DNA of 64,000 nt from Octopus vulgaris (Eukaryota): the NCBI GenBank assembly GCA_951406725.2, contig OX597823.1, positions 59,148,001-59,212,000 on the forward strand, given 5' to 3'. The translations under genes and the position numbers were made by a program. How positions within the stretch are numbered: the stretch's first letter is position 1; the number at the start of each line of letters is the position of its first letter. Under the pieces are notes generated by a model, which worked only from the letters and a program-made list of their open reading frames with translations, searched no databases and was not told the DNA's origin. Positions 39,350 through 52,911 of the stretch are shown here, piece by piece.

Positions 39350-40229
39350 ATTATTATTTTATGTTTGACTTTTGATTTGCATTTGTACAAGTTGGCTCCA
39401 TGTCTCACCCAGAGACCTCAAGAGACAACAAGTTATAAGTTCATGTTGGTGATATACCTAGAGTACCTTATATATGGTTTTGTACATAGTGTTATTCTAG
39501 AATATGTTTAAGAAACCGTAAGAAAAATATGTGTTTCTTTTAAAATTTGAGATTACATAGTATTTTACGGAGGATATTGGCAGTTCCCATGAGCACTATC
39601 TTTTGAATTTCTGCTATTTTGGGGTTTCCTGGTATCTGAGCTAGGTAGCAATCATCCCCTTTTGCTATCATTCCTAGGGCACCTATGACAACAGGTATTG
39701 TTTTAGTCTTCAGATTCCACATTTTGATAATTTCTGTTTCAAGATCTTTATTCTTGCTCAGTTTTTGGTAGGTCTTGACAGATACGTTTATATCGATTGG
39801 GTCAGTCATATCAATAAGGCGGCATAATTTTTGCTTGAAGTCTTTCAATATGAAGTCTAACCTATTTGCATCTATCTTTCTGTCAGTTTGAATGGTGAAG
39901 TTCCAGAGGAGTGAGATGTGATCATTTTCAAGCACTGGGGTGGGGGGTGGGTGTCACACCAGTTATTATCATGGGGTAAGTCCAGGTTTTTGCAAATTTC
40001 CCAGTGAATATATTGTGCAGCTCTATTATACCTGTTGAGATACTCTGAAGGCGCAAGAAGACTGCACTTGGAGACATCATGATAAATGGTCACATTTTGT
40101 TGTTGACATACACGACATTTTGTGGAGCTGCCGTTCTTTAATATATTGGCCTGGTAGTTCCTTGTAGGTAGGGATTGATCTCTGGTTGCTATGATATACA
40201 CTTCTGTTTCTGATTTTAAGCTAGAAGTC

Positions 40230-40232
<3 letters not shown>
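39350..40232 (-). mobile_element. R4/Dong-type LINE 3' portion (CCHC and endonuclease)
   Basis: LKSETE...DQSLPTRNY...CRVC, LLWNFTIQTDRKIDANR, KLSKNKDLE, IPVVIGALG; (TTA)n-like tracts on both sides. Confidence 0.88.
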
Positions 40233-40266
<34 letters not shown>

Positions 40267-40358
40267 GATTATTATTATTCAATGTTAATTATAACGTTAG
40301 AATTATCAACAACACATACATACATGCGCACACATATGTATACACCGAGATAGATAAC

Positions 40359-40431
<73 letters not shown>

Positions 40432-40452
40432 GGATGGATGGATGGATGGAGG

Positions 40453-40542
<90 letters not shown>

Positions 40543-40910
40543 GATATATAAAAACAAACTAATGGCTAGAACTATAAATATATTGTCCCATATACAGACA
40601 ATAATATGGAGCTAAATTGCACACATGTTTAAATAAGTGGGAAAATAACGTAGATATATAGAGAGAGACCTAATAGTAAGCGGATATATATATACATATG
40701 GGCAGACAGATTGACAGAATTGCAGACAAATACGTAAACCGATAAATTCCAAACTTGTGTACAAATGTGTAGGTGTTGTGTTTGTATGTGTGTGTGTGTG
40801 TATTTTTGTGCATGAATGCGTGTATATAAATTTACATACACACACACATATGCATGTTTGTGTTTGAGTATATGGATGTGGTTCTTTGTGTGTGTGCTTG
40901 TGTGTGTGTG

Positions 40911-40957
<47 letters not shown>

Positions 40958-41508
40958 AGAAGACAGATGCATAAATAATAGACAGCTTAGCAAATACTGA
41001 GTCACAACTGAGCGATACAACCCGTAAATGTAAAAGCATGCATCTCAGCAAGCAAAAAATGAATTGTGATGTATTTGTCTCTTCAACGTGTATTCTTTCT
41101 TCCTTTTTTCTCTTCCTTTTTGTTTTCTCATTTGCCCGTAAGGTCAATGAAGGGTACTTGTTCTTTTTATAGAAATCACCAGTTGTCGTCTGTCGAACAT
41201 ACGGTGCCACAAATAAAGTTCATTAATTGTTGCCGTCCATCAGGTGGTTTACATCCGAATCTACAAGTTTGAGAAGGAGGGAGAAAGAAGAATTGATCTC
41301 AGTACTTAATTGGCATTTTATTGATTAAACAAAAAAGCAGAATGCAAACCTTGCTGTCGGTGACATTTGAACTCACTGTGTAGAGAACCGGAAGAAGCAT
41401 CACCAGACCTGCCCTTGGATGCTTGAACACCTCAGTTATTTCGCCACTAAATGTATGTTTGTGATTATGTATACATACTTAACATTTTTAACTTTGGTTT
41501 AATACTCA

Positions 41509-41877
41509 TCTATTATATAAAATCCATTCTGTCTGTGTGTATGTGTGTGTCTTTTAGGATCTCGGGCATCCTCCATCCGATTGCGCTCAAATTTGATATG
41601 TAGATACCGACGGTATCAGGGCGTGTATAAGTCTTGAAAAAATTACAAAAATCGATTATAGGTGAGAATGCCATAGATAAAGTGAATAAAATCGTTTTTC
41701 TTTGGAATAGAAAAAAAAATCTTTATTTCTTCTTTTGCTGGCGTCTCAAATTTAGGTTAAATCAGTGTTTCTCAAAGAGGAGGCCTATGGGACGGTCGGA
41801 CAAGTTGTTTTGAGAAAATTTGGTTTAAATGTTTGACAACTCAGCACCGTCCTTTAGACGGGGGAGCGTCTTGCTCG
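41509..41877 (+). mobile_element. Non-autonomous Helitron-type element with CTCG 3' end
   Basis: A|TCTATTATATAAAA...CCGTC-CTTTA-GACGG hairpin...CTCG|T; homologous to 29148-29700. Confidence 0.78.
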
Positions 41878-44045
41878 TATCTATATATTAGTATATCTAA
41901 GTATACGTATGTGTGTGTGTGCGTATACACACACACATACACACACACACACATATATATATACACGTCTCTATGCTTATATGTGCATGTGTATTAATGT
42001 ATAAATATATGTACTTATATATGTATTTATACACACACACACATATATATATACACACGCATATATATATACATATATAAACATACATCACATACATATA
42101 TGTATACATACATACACAGGCACGCATACACAGGCACACGTACACACACACACACACACACATATTTGTGGTTTTGCTGTCTATTTCTTGTTTTAGGATA
42201 CCATTATAGATTTTGTATTACGTAGTTAACCTGCGCAACATTGAAAACATATACTGCTAACACATGAATTATCCAGAAAGTCAAAATTGATATTAACTTT
42301 TAATTTGAATTGGAAGCATGTTGTGCTTATTGATGAGTTCTTGTTCGTTAAATGACGGTCAGCTCTCTTTTTTCTATTGATAAACTTGATAAGCACGATG
42401 TTCTGCGGTGGAAAACAGAAATGTTTATTAAAGTCTTAGATGTATTATTTTCATATATTTGTCTTGTATCTAAGTTGTTGTTACTAGTCTTGTTTAAGCT
42501 CCAAACTATACTTTTTAAGTAGGGCTGTGATCAATGCATTCCTATCATTATCATTCCGTCTTCTGTTTATATCAAGAACAGACTTTTTGAATGTCTCATT
42601 CTTATTCTAAAGTGTAGAGTTTATACTAGTATTTGTAAGAATTTGATTTCTATTTTACGTCTTGCCTATCTCTAACTTAACTTTAGGCCGTTTCTATATG
42701 CAAGCATTTCTTGAAATGGTAGATGCAGATGGTAATATTAGTAAAAAAAAAGCTCCAATTCGAAAATCACAAATTCATATGATATATCGAAAATAAATCT
42801 GCTTGTGTACCTCAAAACCTTTGCCAAGCTACATTTATGAACAAGATAAACATACCTCTGCAAGGTTTGCAAGATCCGATCTGTTACATAGTATTTTCAC
42901 GTTATTACATTGATGTATAGCTTTTATATATTTCGTATCTAAAGCCATGTGTACCCGTCTGCTCGGAACTGTATAATTCTGTGCTAAGAACAGGATGTGA
43001 AAATTGGGACGGATGCGGAAAGCAATCCGATATCTTTGGGGCACAACTGGTTCAACCGATTCATTGAAAACACTAATGCAATAAATATCAATAATTGCTC
43101 AAAATTAACAAAAGAATTGCTTTGAATATTCATGAGGAAATATTGTGTTGTATTAGCAGAATTCTCAATGCGTTCTAAGAAACTCCTTATATTATTAATT
43201 CGGAGCTCTTTAAATTCTGAGTTTAAATCTATTTTTGGTCAACTGTGACATTCTTCCTTCCAGGTTTAATAACATAAAGCACCAGAACTGATGTGAAGTA
43301 CTCTCCTTTGCTCCCACTAAAATGCGATATTACATCATTGGTTAAAGATATCTGCATTCATAAATACAAAGGGCAATGGGTAGCAATACAACGAGCAGAG
43401 CGCAGGACAAATACAATTTTACATTCTCACTAGACGTTCCGTATTTCATAGTTTCTGGTCGGATGAAATAATACATTAAGTATTATGATGTATAAAATCA
43501 GCTACCCACGCACAGTGAACAAAAATAAAACAGTGTTGCCTTCAATCTGAATTGAATATGAATATTAACGGCAGAATCCGTTCTTGCTCGGCTTCACAGA
43601 AACTATAAGAAGATTGACAAATAAGAGTAACTTACTCCTTGAAAGGATGTGCCCCTATTCAAATTTTCATATATTTTTGTGCAAAATTGTAACCTGTAAT
43701 GAGGAGCGTATATATCTTCATTTTGTGTTATTAAAATTCATATAGATGCAGAGTAGTGAATAGCCAAATTGTAGGAGTACCAAATGTAATAACTTTTAGT
43801 ATTCGTTTCCATATATTTTATGGCCTGTGTTTAAGTACAATTAATGGTATATTTTTCCATATACTACAGAATTGATTAAATCAACCAAACTCTTCCTCTA
43901 TGTATATAAGTATTCGTGGAGAAAGTATCTGATCAACATTAAGGAGCAGAATAAGAATAAAATATTCAAAATCCAGGTAGTCAGAATATATAGGAATCTA
44001 ATCGTTTCAACGAGAAGCAGGACAATTTCAAAATTTAATTTATTC

Positions 44046-44310
44046 AGGCGTGGCTCTGTGGTAATAAGTTTGCTTCCCAATCACATGGTTCCAGTTTCAG
44101 TCTCACTGCGTGGCACTTTAGGCAAGTGTCTTCTACTACAGCCTCTGTTTGTCTCTGTGTTTGTTACCCCATCACCGCTTGACAAGCGTTTCGGCAAAAG
44201 AGACATATAGAATGTGTGCCTAGGGTCGATTTATTTTACTTAAATCCTTCAAGGCAGTGCTCCAGCATGGCCTCATTCAAATGACTGAAACAAGTAAAAG
44301 AAGAGAAGAA
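44046..44310 (+). mobile_element. SINE family A, internally deleted (further fragments at 26415-26572, 35365-35550 and 44530-44680)
   Basis: Head and tail match family A. Confidence 0.78.
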
Positions 44311-45791
44311 TGAAAAAAATGTCATCAGAGGGGCGATGCATACACTGCGTGAAGATAATTTTTTTGGCAAATTATAGTGTGGCTTACAATGCATTGCTTA
44401 CCCATGTTTTTTAATTGAACTGAATTAATTAATTTTTTAAGTATCACCATTATAGGTATTTATACTCTGTGATATTAAGAAATCAGCTCGTAACTAAACG
44501 AAAACCTTGGTTTGTTTACTTCCTCTAACATAACGATTCTGCAAAACGAGATCCACAGAATAAGAACCAGGCTTGAAATAAATTATGTAGTGAAGTCGCT
44601 TTGGTCGACTTAACCCTTCAAGGCGTTGCTCCAGCATCGCCATAGTCTAATGTCTGAAGCAAGTAACAGATAAGGGATAAATATATTCCAAACTAATACA
44701 AGAAACGTAGAATAAGAAGTAACTTCTACGAAATAGATATGAAATGCATTGAACAATATGTTCATAAAAAAACATCATCAAAACATCTTCAAAATACAAC
44801 TGAAATCATTGCTTTTCACTGTAACAGAACAAACTAGATTAACCATGCATCTGTGTAGCTGAGAATTAAGTGGATTTGTTATTGATTTAAGAAACTATCT
44901 GAAAACTATGATTGAGCCCACGTGCTTTATGACACCTTGTAGCTGAACCAAGGACTAGAATCTTCACAAGCCCCTAAAGAGAAGAATGTTTATAAAAAAA
45001 AATGAACAGTTAGTTAGAGGCAACAGACAAATCAATAAACCAGTACAGAATACCAAAGATATTGAAATATAAAAGAGCAAACAAAATCCTGGTTGTAGTA
45101 TATTTTATTGACAGTCATGCATTAAATAGATATTTTAATATATTTTAGTACATGTTGATACACATACTAACACGCACACAACTACACAAATATGTATGCA
45201 CACATTTGTGCGCATTTGTTTAATGCATATATATATATATATCTTAATTTTTCTTTTCTCTTTATTCTCTTTATTCATATCTTCAGTGTTTTTATTCTTT
45301 ACTTTTTATCTTTTTATCATTTTGTTATTTTTACTAAACTTCTCTCTCCTTTCTCTTTCATTCTTTCTTTTTCTCCTCCTTTTTTTCACTTTTTTTCTCT
45401 CTTTATTTCATTCCTGTCTTCCTGTTTTCAATTTAACCATGCTAATACACTCCTTATTTCTAGGTCATTTTAAATACAAACCTTGACTCTGCAACACTAT
45501 ATAAATTCCCTACTGGGAATGACCAAGTTTAAAAATCTGCTGGATCTCACTCATAAGATAATCTTACATTGCTTATAAACTCTATATTTGGAAGGACTCA
45601 TATTTAACTCTGTTGGACTTTTGGATTTTACTCAAAGGATATTGAAATATTGCATATATAACATTATGCCTATAAAATGGATTTAGAAATTCAATAGCCA
45701 TACATATCTTACATCTATTTTCTTTCCTCCAACTCACTCTCTATTTGTATCACATCAAAACTAACTATGACTTAATTTTTCCTCTCACACC

Positions 45792-45843
45792 GTCTCCGAT
45801 GAAGGGATATTATTAATTAATATCCTAGAAACAGCTGTAAGAC
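45792..45843 (+). ncRNA. Type I hammerhead motif in a Penelope pLTR-like remnant
   Basis: GUCU CCGAUGA a GGGAUAUUA-uuaau-UAAUAUCCU a GAAAC AGCU GUA AGAC; palindromic ACAGCUGU helix III. Confidence 0.7.
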
Positions 45844-45907
45844 CTTCTATCTATAAATTCTCTAATATCTATACAGCCTTGGTTTTTTATCTTATTACGC
45901 AAAAAAT

Positions 45908-45972
<65 letters not shown>

Positions 45973-46325
45973 CTATAATGTACTCTTCCGTGATAAAAAT
46001 TTCATCAAAATAGTACTCCATCTGGCGAGATGTAGTGTATCCTTTGAATAAATAATATTATAATATATATGTGTGTGTTTGTGTATGTATATGTACACAT
46101 ATACATGCATACATACACTTTTATCAATGTATGTCTAAATGTGTTGATGATTGCATACATAGGTACGCGTGTATGTGTGCCTGTGCGTGTGTGTGCGTGG
46201 GTGTTTACATACATACACACATCCATCCATACATCCATCCATCTATCCATCCATCCATACATACATACATACATACATACATACATACATACATACATAA
46301 ATACATACATACATACATACATACA

Positions 46326-46361
<36 letters not shown>

Positions 46362-46662
46362 CATATATATAAACATATGTATGCGTGTGTGTGTAAAGAC
46401 ATTGCATAAATAAAAAGTTGTAAAGATGAATATATGCAGGCAAAAACTTTAGACAAATTGACGCACACGCGCACATATTCAAACTTACAGAGATATGCAT
46501 ATACATATGTAGATAGTGTGTGTATACTTGCATATGCGTGTAATATATATAAACACACATATATATATATATGTATGTGTGTATATATATATATATATGT
46601 ATACATGTGTGTATATATATATATATGTATATATGAATTATATACCTACATATATCTGTCTA

Positions 46663-46744
<82 letters not shown>

Positions 46745-47696
46745 CATTCTAGGGAATTTGAACATCTTATCTGGCCACCACATTGCCCAGATCTCAATAT
46801 TATTGAACATCTATGGTGCATTTTAGAAAAACAAGTTACGCGTCGATATCCTCCACCATCATCACTACAAGAACATGTATGTATGTATGTATGTATGTGT
46901 GTATGTATGTATGTATAGGTAATTTGCACATAGAGCTAACAAAAATCAACAGTTCGTATAAGACTATTTCTTCACTACCGTACTTGTGAAATGTCGGAGT
47001 GAAGAAAAGCTTGATTACTCTTGTAAGAGTCGATATTACTTAAATAAGTTGAGAATGAATTGTGTTGAGTAAACTAGCTTTTTTTGTTTTATTTTTACAC
47101 AGAGACGAGTGTGAGTTTTGTATATGTATGTACACATTCTTATATATACATTCTTTTACTCCTTACCTTCCCATCTCTTTTTATCCCTCCCCCACAACTC
47201 TTCCATCGTCCCATCATATTATCTTGTCCACCAACAAACACGCCCTTTCTCACTTCTTTCACTCTTTCTTCTCTTTATTTTTTCACTCTTTGTTTTTTCT
47301 GTCTCCCTTTTTTCTTTTTTTCTTTTTTCTCTCATTTTCTCTTCCTCTTTTAAATTTGACCTCACTCCTCTTCCTAATCATGCACATTTCCTTCCCCACC
47401 CCTCATTATCCACAAATGCTAAAAATACATTCTCAAATTTTTATTAACACCACAAAACACTTTAGAATTAGCAACATTGATTCCACGGCTCCATACTTTG
47501 AAATGATTAAACATGAACCGCTATTAGAACTTACATACCATGTATAGGAAACTTTTTTTACCACTTCTATACATCATTTTCCTCGAACTGCATCTACAAT
47601 ATCTTTATATATCTTATTTCTACTTTAAGTCTCTTATTTCCCTCTATATTTCCTATCTCCTTATTTCCCACAATAATTCAAATATTTTCCCACATC

Positions 47697-47744
47697 GTCT
47701 CTGATGAAGGAATATCCATAATATCTCAGAAACAACGGTAAAAC
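47697..47744 (+). ncRNA. Type I hammerhead motif (intact core), related to 45792-45843
   Basis: GUCU CUGAUGA a GGAAUAU-ccaua-AUAUCUC a GAAAC AACG GUA AAAC; shares the downstream ACAGCCTTGG. Confidence 0.65.
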
Positions 47745-47803
47745 TATTTCATTATAAATGCCCAGAAAACTACTCACAGCCTTGGCTGAGTTATCACATT
47801 CTG

Positions 47804-47837
<34 letters not shown>

Positions 47838-48269
47838 TAATGCAAGACTCACATTAGACTCCTCAATTGCATCATTATCGAACGAAGAGTTTACCTACGG
47901 TCTAGCCTTAGCATGCAGAAGATAATGCAAATCTTGCAAACTTGGTTTCCTACACAACTTGATCCTTGATGTCAATGAACATGATTAAATTCCCTTTGAA
48001 AATACACCACGTTTTCCCTCTAGTCTATTTGCCAACACAATTTCTCTCAATTTAAGAGATTTCTGTTTGATCAAAGTTTCCTTGATTGTACAAAGGTTTT
48101 TTGTTCTTCTATGCTATGTCTAGCACTATTGAATAATCTTAACACGTTTGACCTTGTACTTGCGTCGAGGATGGAAATATTGCAAATTTTGCATTAATTG
48201 TTTTTGGCTGACATGCCTTCGTTTAACAGAGCTCTGCTACAAACAACACGTTTAGCTTTTCCATAACTT

Positions 48270-48771
48270 TGTAACGGATATGTGATATCTCCGCTTGCAC
48301 TTTTGGGGTGCAAGTTGGTGCAATCACTTTCCGTTGCTTTTATATCCAGACTCTACCAGTCAAAGAAACACAAAACGCAGACGTAAAAAATAGATATACT
48401 TTATTGTTTTATACCGGTGAGAAATCAGTGGTATATCTGATGTCCAAAATGGCGTCCTGAGGAAGAAGATGATTTGACTGCAACAATTCAGGTTAAAAGT
48501 CTTCGGCCAAAGGACTGCTGCTATCAAAACCGGAGAGAGAGCGAATTAAACGTCTGCTTTGGTGAAATGCCTGCCGCTGTCTGTCGGACGCTAATGGTCA
48601 ACCTTTACGCTCCCTTGCCTCTTCGTTAAGGCTCACGCTCCCTTGCCTAAGGCCACGTCAGCAAGGCTGTCAGCTAAGGCCACGTCAGCAAAATTCCCTC
48701 TTTCGGACTTCGTGTATTCGCGAGAGGGCGTTGCGCGCGCGCGCGCTATTGTATAGGATCACTTCACTACA
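48270..48771 (-). repeat. 3' LTR
   Basis: Direct repeat of 53354-53855, preceded on the minus strand by the polypurine tract. AATAAA on minus at about 48400. Confidence 0.96.
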
Positions 48772-48774
48772 AAG

Positions 48775-48783
48775 CTCCCCTCC
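48775..48783 (-). promoter_or_regulatory. Polypurine tract
   Basis: GGAGGGGAG on the minus strand, 3 nt upstream of the 3' LTR. Confidence 0.85.
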
Positions 48784-48980
48784 AGTGCCTAAGCACGAAC
48801 AACAATTCCTTGTAGTGACCATAAAACTCAAGGTGGACACCAGACAACCAAAAATAGCACACAATATAACACATTAAACAGCAAAAAAAAATTCACCTTA
48901 AAGGTAAAAAGAGAAAAAATACTCAAAATGAGCAAAGTTCAATGAGTACTGAACTGTCACTGGGAAGTCAATTGAAAATG

Positions 48981-51900
48981 TCAAATATAAATAGTTTTGG
49001 AAAGTTTTTCCGGCCAGTGAACAGTTCTGCCTGACCTCGTAACATAAGGTTTGTTCGAGGCGGGCTGCGACGACGAAGGTGGTGTTGCCGATGTTGGTGT
49101 TGATAAAGGTGCATGTATAAATGGTGGTGTTGTCAAAGGTGCATGTGAAGGTTCAACGATGGTTGTGGCAGTGGGGTCATTAAAAGATGTGGACACCTCA
49201 AAATATGCCCTTTTAAGACGATCTACGGAGACGGTCTCCGAACGACCGTTAATTTCAAGTTTGAATACCTTCGGCGTGCGAGAAATCACACGAAAAGGTC
49301 CTTTATAAGGAGAAACAAGAGGTCCTTTGACAGAATCATCACGAATAAAAACATGCGTCCAAGAATTAAGGTCTGATGGCACACTAGAAGGAGGATTTTG
49401 GTGTCGAGGGTCCATAGGAGGAAGGGCAGAAAAATATCTGCGTAATCGAGCAACATAAGACTCTAAATTAAGAGACTGTGACTTGTCTGGCACCAACATC
49501 GTACCAGGCAATGCCAGTGTGGTACCATACAAGAGCTCGGCAGACGAAAAACCAAGGTCTGCTTTAATCGCAGTCCGACATCCAAGCAGAACGATCGGTA
49601 GAAATTCAGTCCATGTCTGTGGATTCGGCGAGGCACGCAAAGCGGCCTTAAGTTGCTTATGGAAACGCTCCACCATCCCATTAGAAGCGGGGTGGTAATT
49701 TGTGGTGCGCATATGATGCATCCCCAGGATTCGTGATAACTCACGAAACAATGCAGACTCGAATTGTCGACCACGATCTGTGGTTAAACTGTACTGTACA
49801 CCATACCTCGAAATCCAATTAGATACGAAAGCCCTCGCAACAGTTTCAGCTGAAATGTCTGCTATAGGAATAGCTTCCGGCCAGCGTGAAAAACGATCAA
49901 TACAAGTTAAAATGTATGAGAACCCGCGACTCACAGGCCATGGTCCAACCAAATCAAGGTGGATATGGCGAAAACGGGCTTCAGGAGAGGTAAATTGTCC
50001 AAGTGGAGCACGAACGTGCCTATGGACTTTAGCACTCTGGCACCTCAAACAAGAGCGTGCCCAAGAGGTAATTGATCGTCGCATATTGGGCCAGAAGAAC
50101 CGAGCAGTAACAAGCTTTACTGTGGCAGAGATACCTGGATGTGACAGTGAATGAAGAGCATCAAACACGGAACGTTGATGTTTCTCAGGTACTAATGGTC
50201 TAGGTGAACCGGTAGAAACGTCACAAAGAATAGAGCCTTCCGCTGTAGGGAGCGGAAGGTAGTCAAACTTACAGTTAATAAACTTAGGCGAAGTTAAATC
50301 CAACTCCTCTAAAGGTGGTTGTTCCTGCGAAATAGCAGTTAAATCAATTGCTGCAGGAGAGGAAATGGAATTGACAGGGAGTCTAGAGAGAGCATCTGCA
50401 GGGACGTTCTCACTGCCTGGCACATGCCTAATGTCACTTGTAAATTGAGAAATATAGTCCAGGTGACGGAAAGCACGAGGAGAGAGTTTATCCGTTTTAG
50501 AAGATAAAGCAAAAGTAAGGGGCTTGTGATCAGTATAAATCACAAACTCTCGTCCCTCGAGCTGGTGTTGAAAATGCCGAACTGACAGATAGATCGCTAG
50601 TAACTCTCGATCAAAGGTACTATATCTGCGTTCAGCTGGCTTTAGCTGACAAGAAAAGAAAGCTAAAGGTTTAACTTCACCCTCTACGGTGTGCTGCAAA
50701 ACAGCGCCAATTGCAGACTCTGATGCGTCCACAGATAAAGTAAGTGGAGCATTAGGAGCCGGATGTGCCAAAATAGGGACTGAAGCTAGTTCCTTTTTAA
50801 CCAACTCAAAGGCAGACAGTGCTTCAGCCGAAAGAGTCAGACGGGCGTCCTTCTTGGAATTGCCCTTTAGCATTTGTGTTAAAGGTAACAACTTGTCCGC
50901 ACACCGATCTATGAAACGTCTATAGAAATTTACTATGCCTAAAAAATGGCGAAGTTGACGCAAAGAAGAAGGTGGTGCGATGCGCTGAATAGCATCGACT
51001 TTGGATGAGAGTGGTTTGATTCCTCTCGTGTCAATATAATGACCGAGAATATTAAGAGATGGTTGCCCAAAAACACACTTGTCTGGATTAATGCGAACAC
51101 CATAGTCGCGAAGACGCTGAAAAAGCTGAGACAAGTGCAGGAGATGATTTTCATGCGTATCACTTGCGATTAGAATATCATCGACATACGCGAAGACAAA
51201 ATCCAGTCCGCGAACAACTTCATCTATAAACCGTTGGAAAGTACTAGTGACATTCCTCAAACCAAAACTCATAAATAAAAATTCAAAACAGCCAAAAGGA
51301 GTAGTAATTGCTGTTTTAGGAATATCGTCTGAGTTGACCGGTATTTGATGGTAGGCACGTATCAGGTCAACCTTAGAAAAAATAGTACAGCCATGTAAAT
51401 TTGCCGAAAAATCGTTTAAAATCCTTATGGGATATTTGTCTGGAATCGTCACCGCATTTAGACGCCGATAATCTCCCACCGGGCGAAAATCTGTATCCAC
51501 TTTTCTTACTAAATGAAGGGGAGATGCCCATGGACTGGTGGAGGGGCGTATCAGACCGAGCTGGAGCATGTGCTCAAACTCAGCCCTAGCAGTTTTAAGT
51601 CGATCAGGTGCAAGACGCCTTGGACGTGAAAAAACAGGAGGTCCAGTTGTTGTTATAAAGTGTCGTGTCGAATGCAATGGCTTAGCCACCCTAAAGGTAA
51701 CATCATATAGCTCTGGAAAAGAAGCTAAAAGAGAGTGAAAAACATCTCCAGATGTACCGACAAAAAATGTCGGGCTAAGAGCTAAATTGGTAGATTCTCC
51801 GGTCGGCGTGGAGATTGTAGTCGAACTATCGACCAACCTCCGACGTCTGACATCTACCAACAAATCAAATTTATCCAGAAAATCCGCACCTAAAATAGGA

Positions 51901-52193
51901 TGCGGAATGTCGGCAATGACAAAAACCCATCGAAAGTCTCGTCGAAGACCAATATCAAGGGGCAACGACATCTGACCGAATGTGGCTATTGGTGACGAGT
52001 CAATAGCGTGCAAGATGACGTTAGATCGCTTTGGCCTGTCGGTTGTGCAACGCAGAGGCCAAATACTGCAACAAGAACCAGTGTCTACCATGAAGTTTTT
52101 CTTCGACACTAGATCTTTAACAAAGAATGCACGATAACCAGAAAATGTTGTGGAGGAAGTTGACGTGCTCAAATTCTCCGAATCTAGTTTAAA
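48981..52193 (-). CDS. pol: Pol polyprotein (protease, RT, RNase H, integrase), uninterrupted, probably entered by -1 frameshift
   Basis: 1063-aa ORF with VDTGS (protease), SPWASPL and YVDD (RT), VDAS (RNase H), H-X3-H...CLRC zinc motif, DLVGP/TTDRG/NGMVERF (integrase) and a GPY/F motif SPYKGPF. The ORF-track start is TTG and the frame stays open back to the slippery site. Confidence 0.96.
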   Translation of the reverse strand, partial: FKLDSENLSTSTSSTTFSGYRAFFVKDLVSKKNFMVDTGSCCSIWPLRCTTDRPKRSNVILHAIDSSPIATFGQMSLPLDIGLRRDFRWVFVIADIPHPILGADFLDKFDLLVDVRRRRLVDSSTTISTPTGESTNLALSPTFFVGTSGDVFHSLLASFPELYDVTFRVAKPLHSTRHFITTTGPPVFSRPRRLAPDRLKTARAEFEHMLQLGLIRPSTSPWASPLHLVRKVDTDFRPVGDYRRLNAVTIPDKYPIRILNDFSANLHGCTIFSKVDLIRAYHQIPVNSDDIPKTAITTPFGCFEFLFMSFGLRNVTSTFQRFIDEVVRGLDFVFAYVDDILIASDTHENHLLHLSQLFQRLRDYGVRINPDKCVFGQPSLNILGHYIDTRGIKPLSSKVDAIQRIAPPSSLRQLRHFLGIVNFYRRFIDRCADKLLPLTQMLKGNSKKDARLTLSAEALSAFELVKKELASVPILAHPAPNAPLTLSVDASESAIGAVLQHTVEGEVKPLAFFSCQLKPAERRYSTFDRELLAIYLSVRHFQHQLEGREFVIYTDHKPLTFALSSKTDKLSPRAFRHLDYISQFTSDIRHVPGSENVPADALSRLPVNSISSPAAIDLTAISQEQPPLEELDLTSPKFINCKFDYLPLPTAEGSILCDVSTGSPRPLVPEKHQRSVFDALHSLSHPGISATVKLVTARFFWPNMRRSITSWARSCLRCQSAKVHRHVRAPLGQFTSPEARFRHIHLDLVGPWPVSRGFSYILTCIDRFSRWPEAIPIADISAETVARAFVSNWISRYGVQYSLTTDRGRQFESALFRELSRILGMHHMRTTNYHPASNGMVERFHKQLKAALRASPNPQTWTEFLPIVLLGCRTAIKADLGFSSAELLYGTTLALPGTMLVPDKSQSLNLESYVARLRRYFSALPPMDPRHQNPPSSVPSDLNSWTHVFIRDDSVKGPLVSPYKGPFRVISRTPKVFKLEINGRSETVSVDRLKRAYFEVSTSFNDPTATTIVEPSHAPLTTPPFIHAPLSTPTSATPPSSSQPASNKPYVTRSGRTVHWPEKLSKTIYI
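52152..52193 (-). promoter_or_regulatory. -1 programmed ribosomal frameshift signal (U UUA AAC, 7-nt spacer, hairpin)
   Basis: Gag ends TCT TTA AAC TAG and pol is in the -1 frame. Downstream GGAGAATTTGA-GCACG-TCAACTTCCTCC can fold into a stem-loop. Confidence 0.8.
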
Positions 52194-52911
52194 GACTTAT
52201 AAGTGCATGGCTGTGTGCACCTATGTGCATTCTCTCCATACTTGGAGTGGTACCAACACAGTCCAGACTTAGACTGTGTTGATCTCGAGGATGAACGACT
52301 GCGACTTCGCGATTTTGAAGATCGCTTACCATCGCGACACATCGCGTCCATCCTTTTAGTGAGGGTTTCTATTAGTTTAGAAAGCCCCTCAATTGAGGCC
52401 GAAGAGGTCTGTGAACAGGCACAAGCAGACCGTGACGATGGTTGAACGGCAAATTCAACCATCTTATCAGCCATCGTTGCTATTTGGTCCACTGTATTTG
52501 TCTCTAAGCCGGTTGCCAAAACGGTCTGTATATAGGCGGGCAACCTCGAGAAAAAGATCTTCCGAAGGAGGGGGGCATCTGATGCATTACCACTTAACTC
52601 CCTCAGTCTTCGTAAAAACTCTGACGGAGTTCTGTCCCCTAGTTGCTCATCTGCCATTAACTCATTGAAACGACTTTCCTCGCTTCGTGTATTTCTTTTT
52701 CAACCTCTAATCTAACAGACGCATAAGTAGCGCCTGGACTAGGGTCTGTAATAAGGTCCCTTGCTGAAGATGCCAGTTGCGGCGGCATGCAACCATAAAG
52801 GATTTCCAACTGCTGCTCGGGAGTAATACTTTGTGCACGAAATTGTGCCTCTAACTGTGAAAACCACAGTGTGGCATCACCTGTAAAAGTAGGTAACGAA
52901 CCCATAAACAT
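52184..52911 (-). CDS. gag: Gag, split by a 1-nt frameshift at about 52696-52700
   Basis: ORFs 52657..52911 (LPTF...[10 protein letters not shown]) and 52184..52657 ([14 protein letters not shown]; [18 protein letters not shown]) join as [21 protein letters not shown] if one A is added to the A5 run. Confidence 0.88.

Noticed and set aside
41207-41247. Hammerhead-like CCAC CUGAUGG...GAAC...GUGG on the minus strand
   Set aside because: Both core boxes and helices II and III are defective; too degenerate to call.
47840-48269. Coding-looking sequence flanking the LTR insertion (continues at 53856)
   Set aside because: The frames I translated contain stops and I recognise no motif.
49051-52668. 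Plus-strand and alternate-frame ORFs overlapping gag-pol
   Set aside because: Shadow ORFs of a GC-richer coding region; no motifs of their own.
52690-52705. Possible second programmed frameshift inside gag (GTT GAA AAA GAA)
   Set aside because: No X_XXY_YYZ heptamer in the correct phase. A 1-nt loss in an A run (mutation or sequencing error) explains it better.
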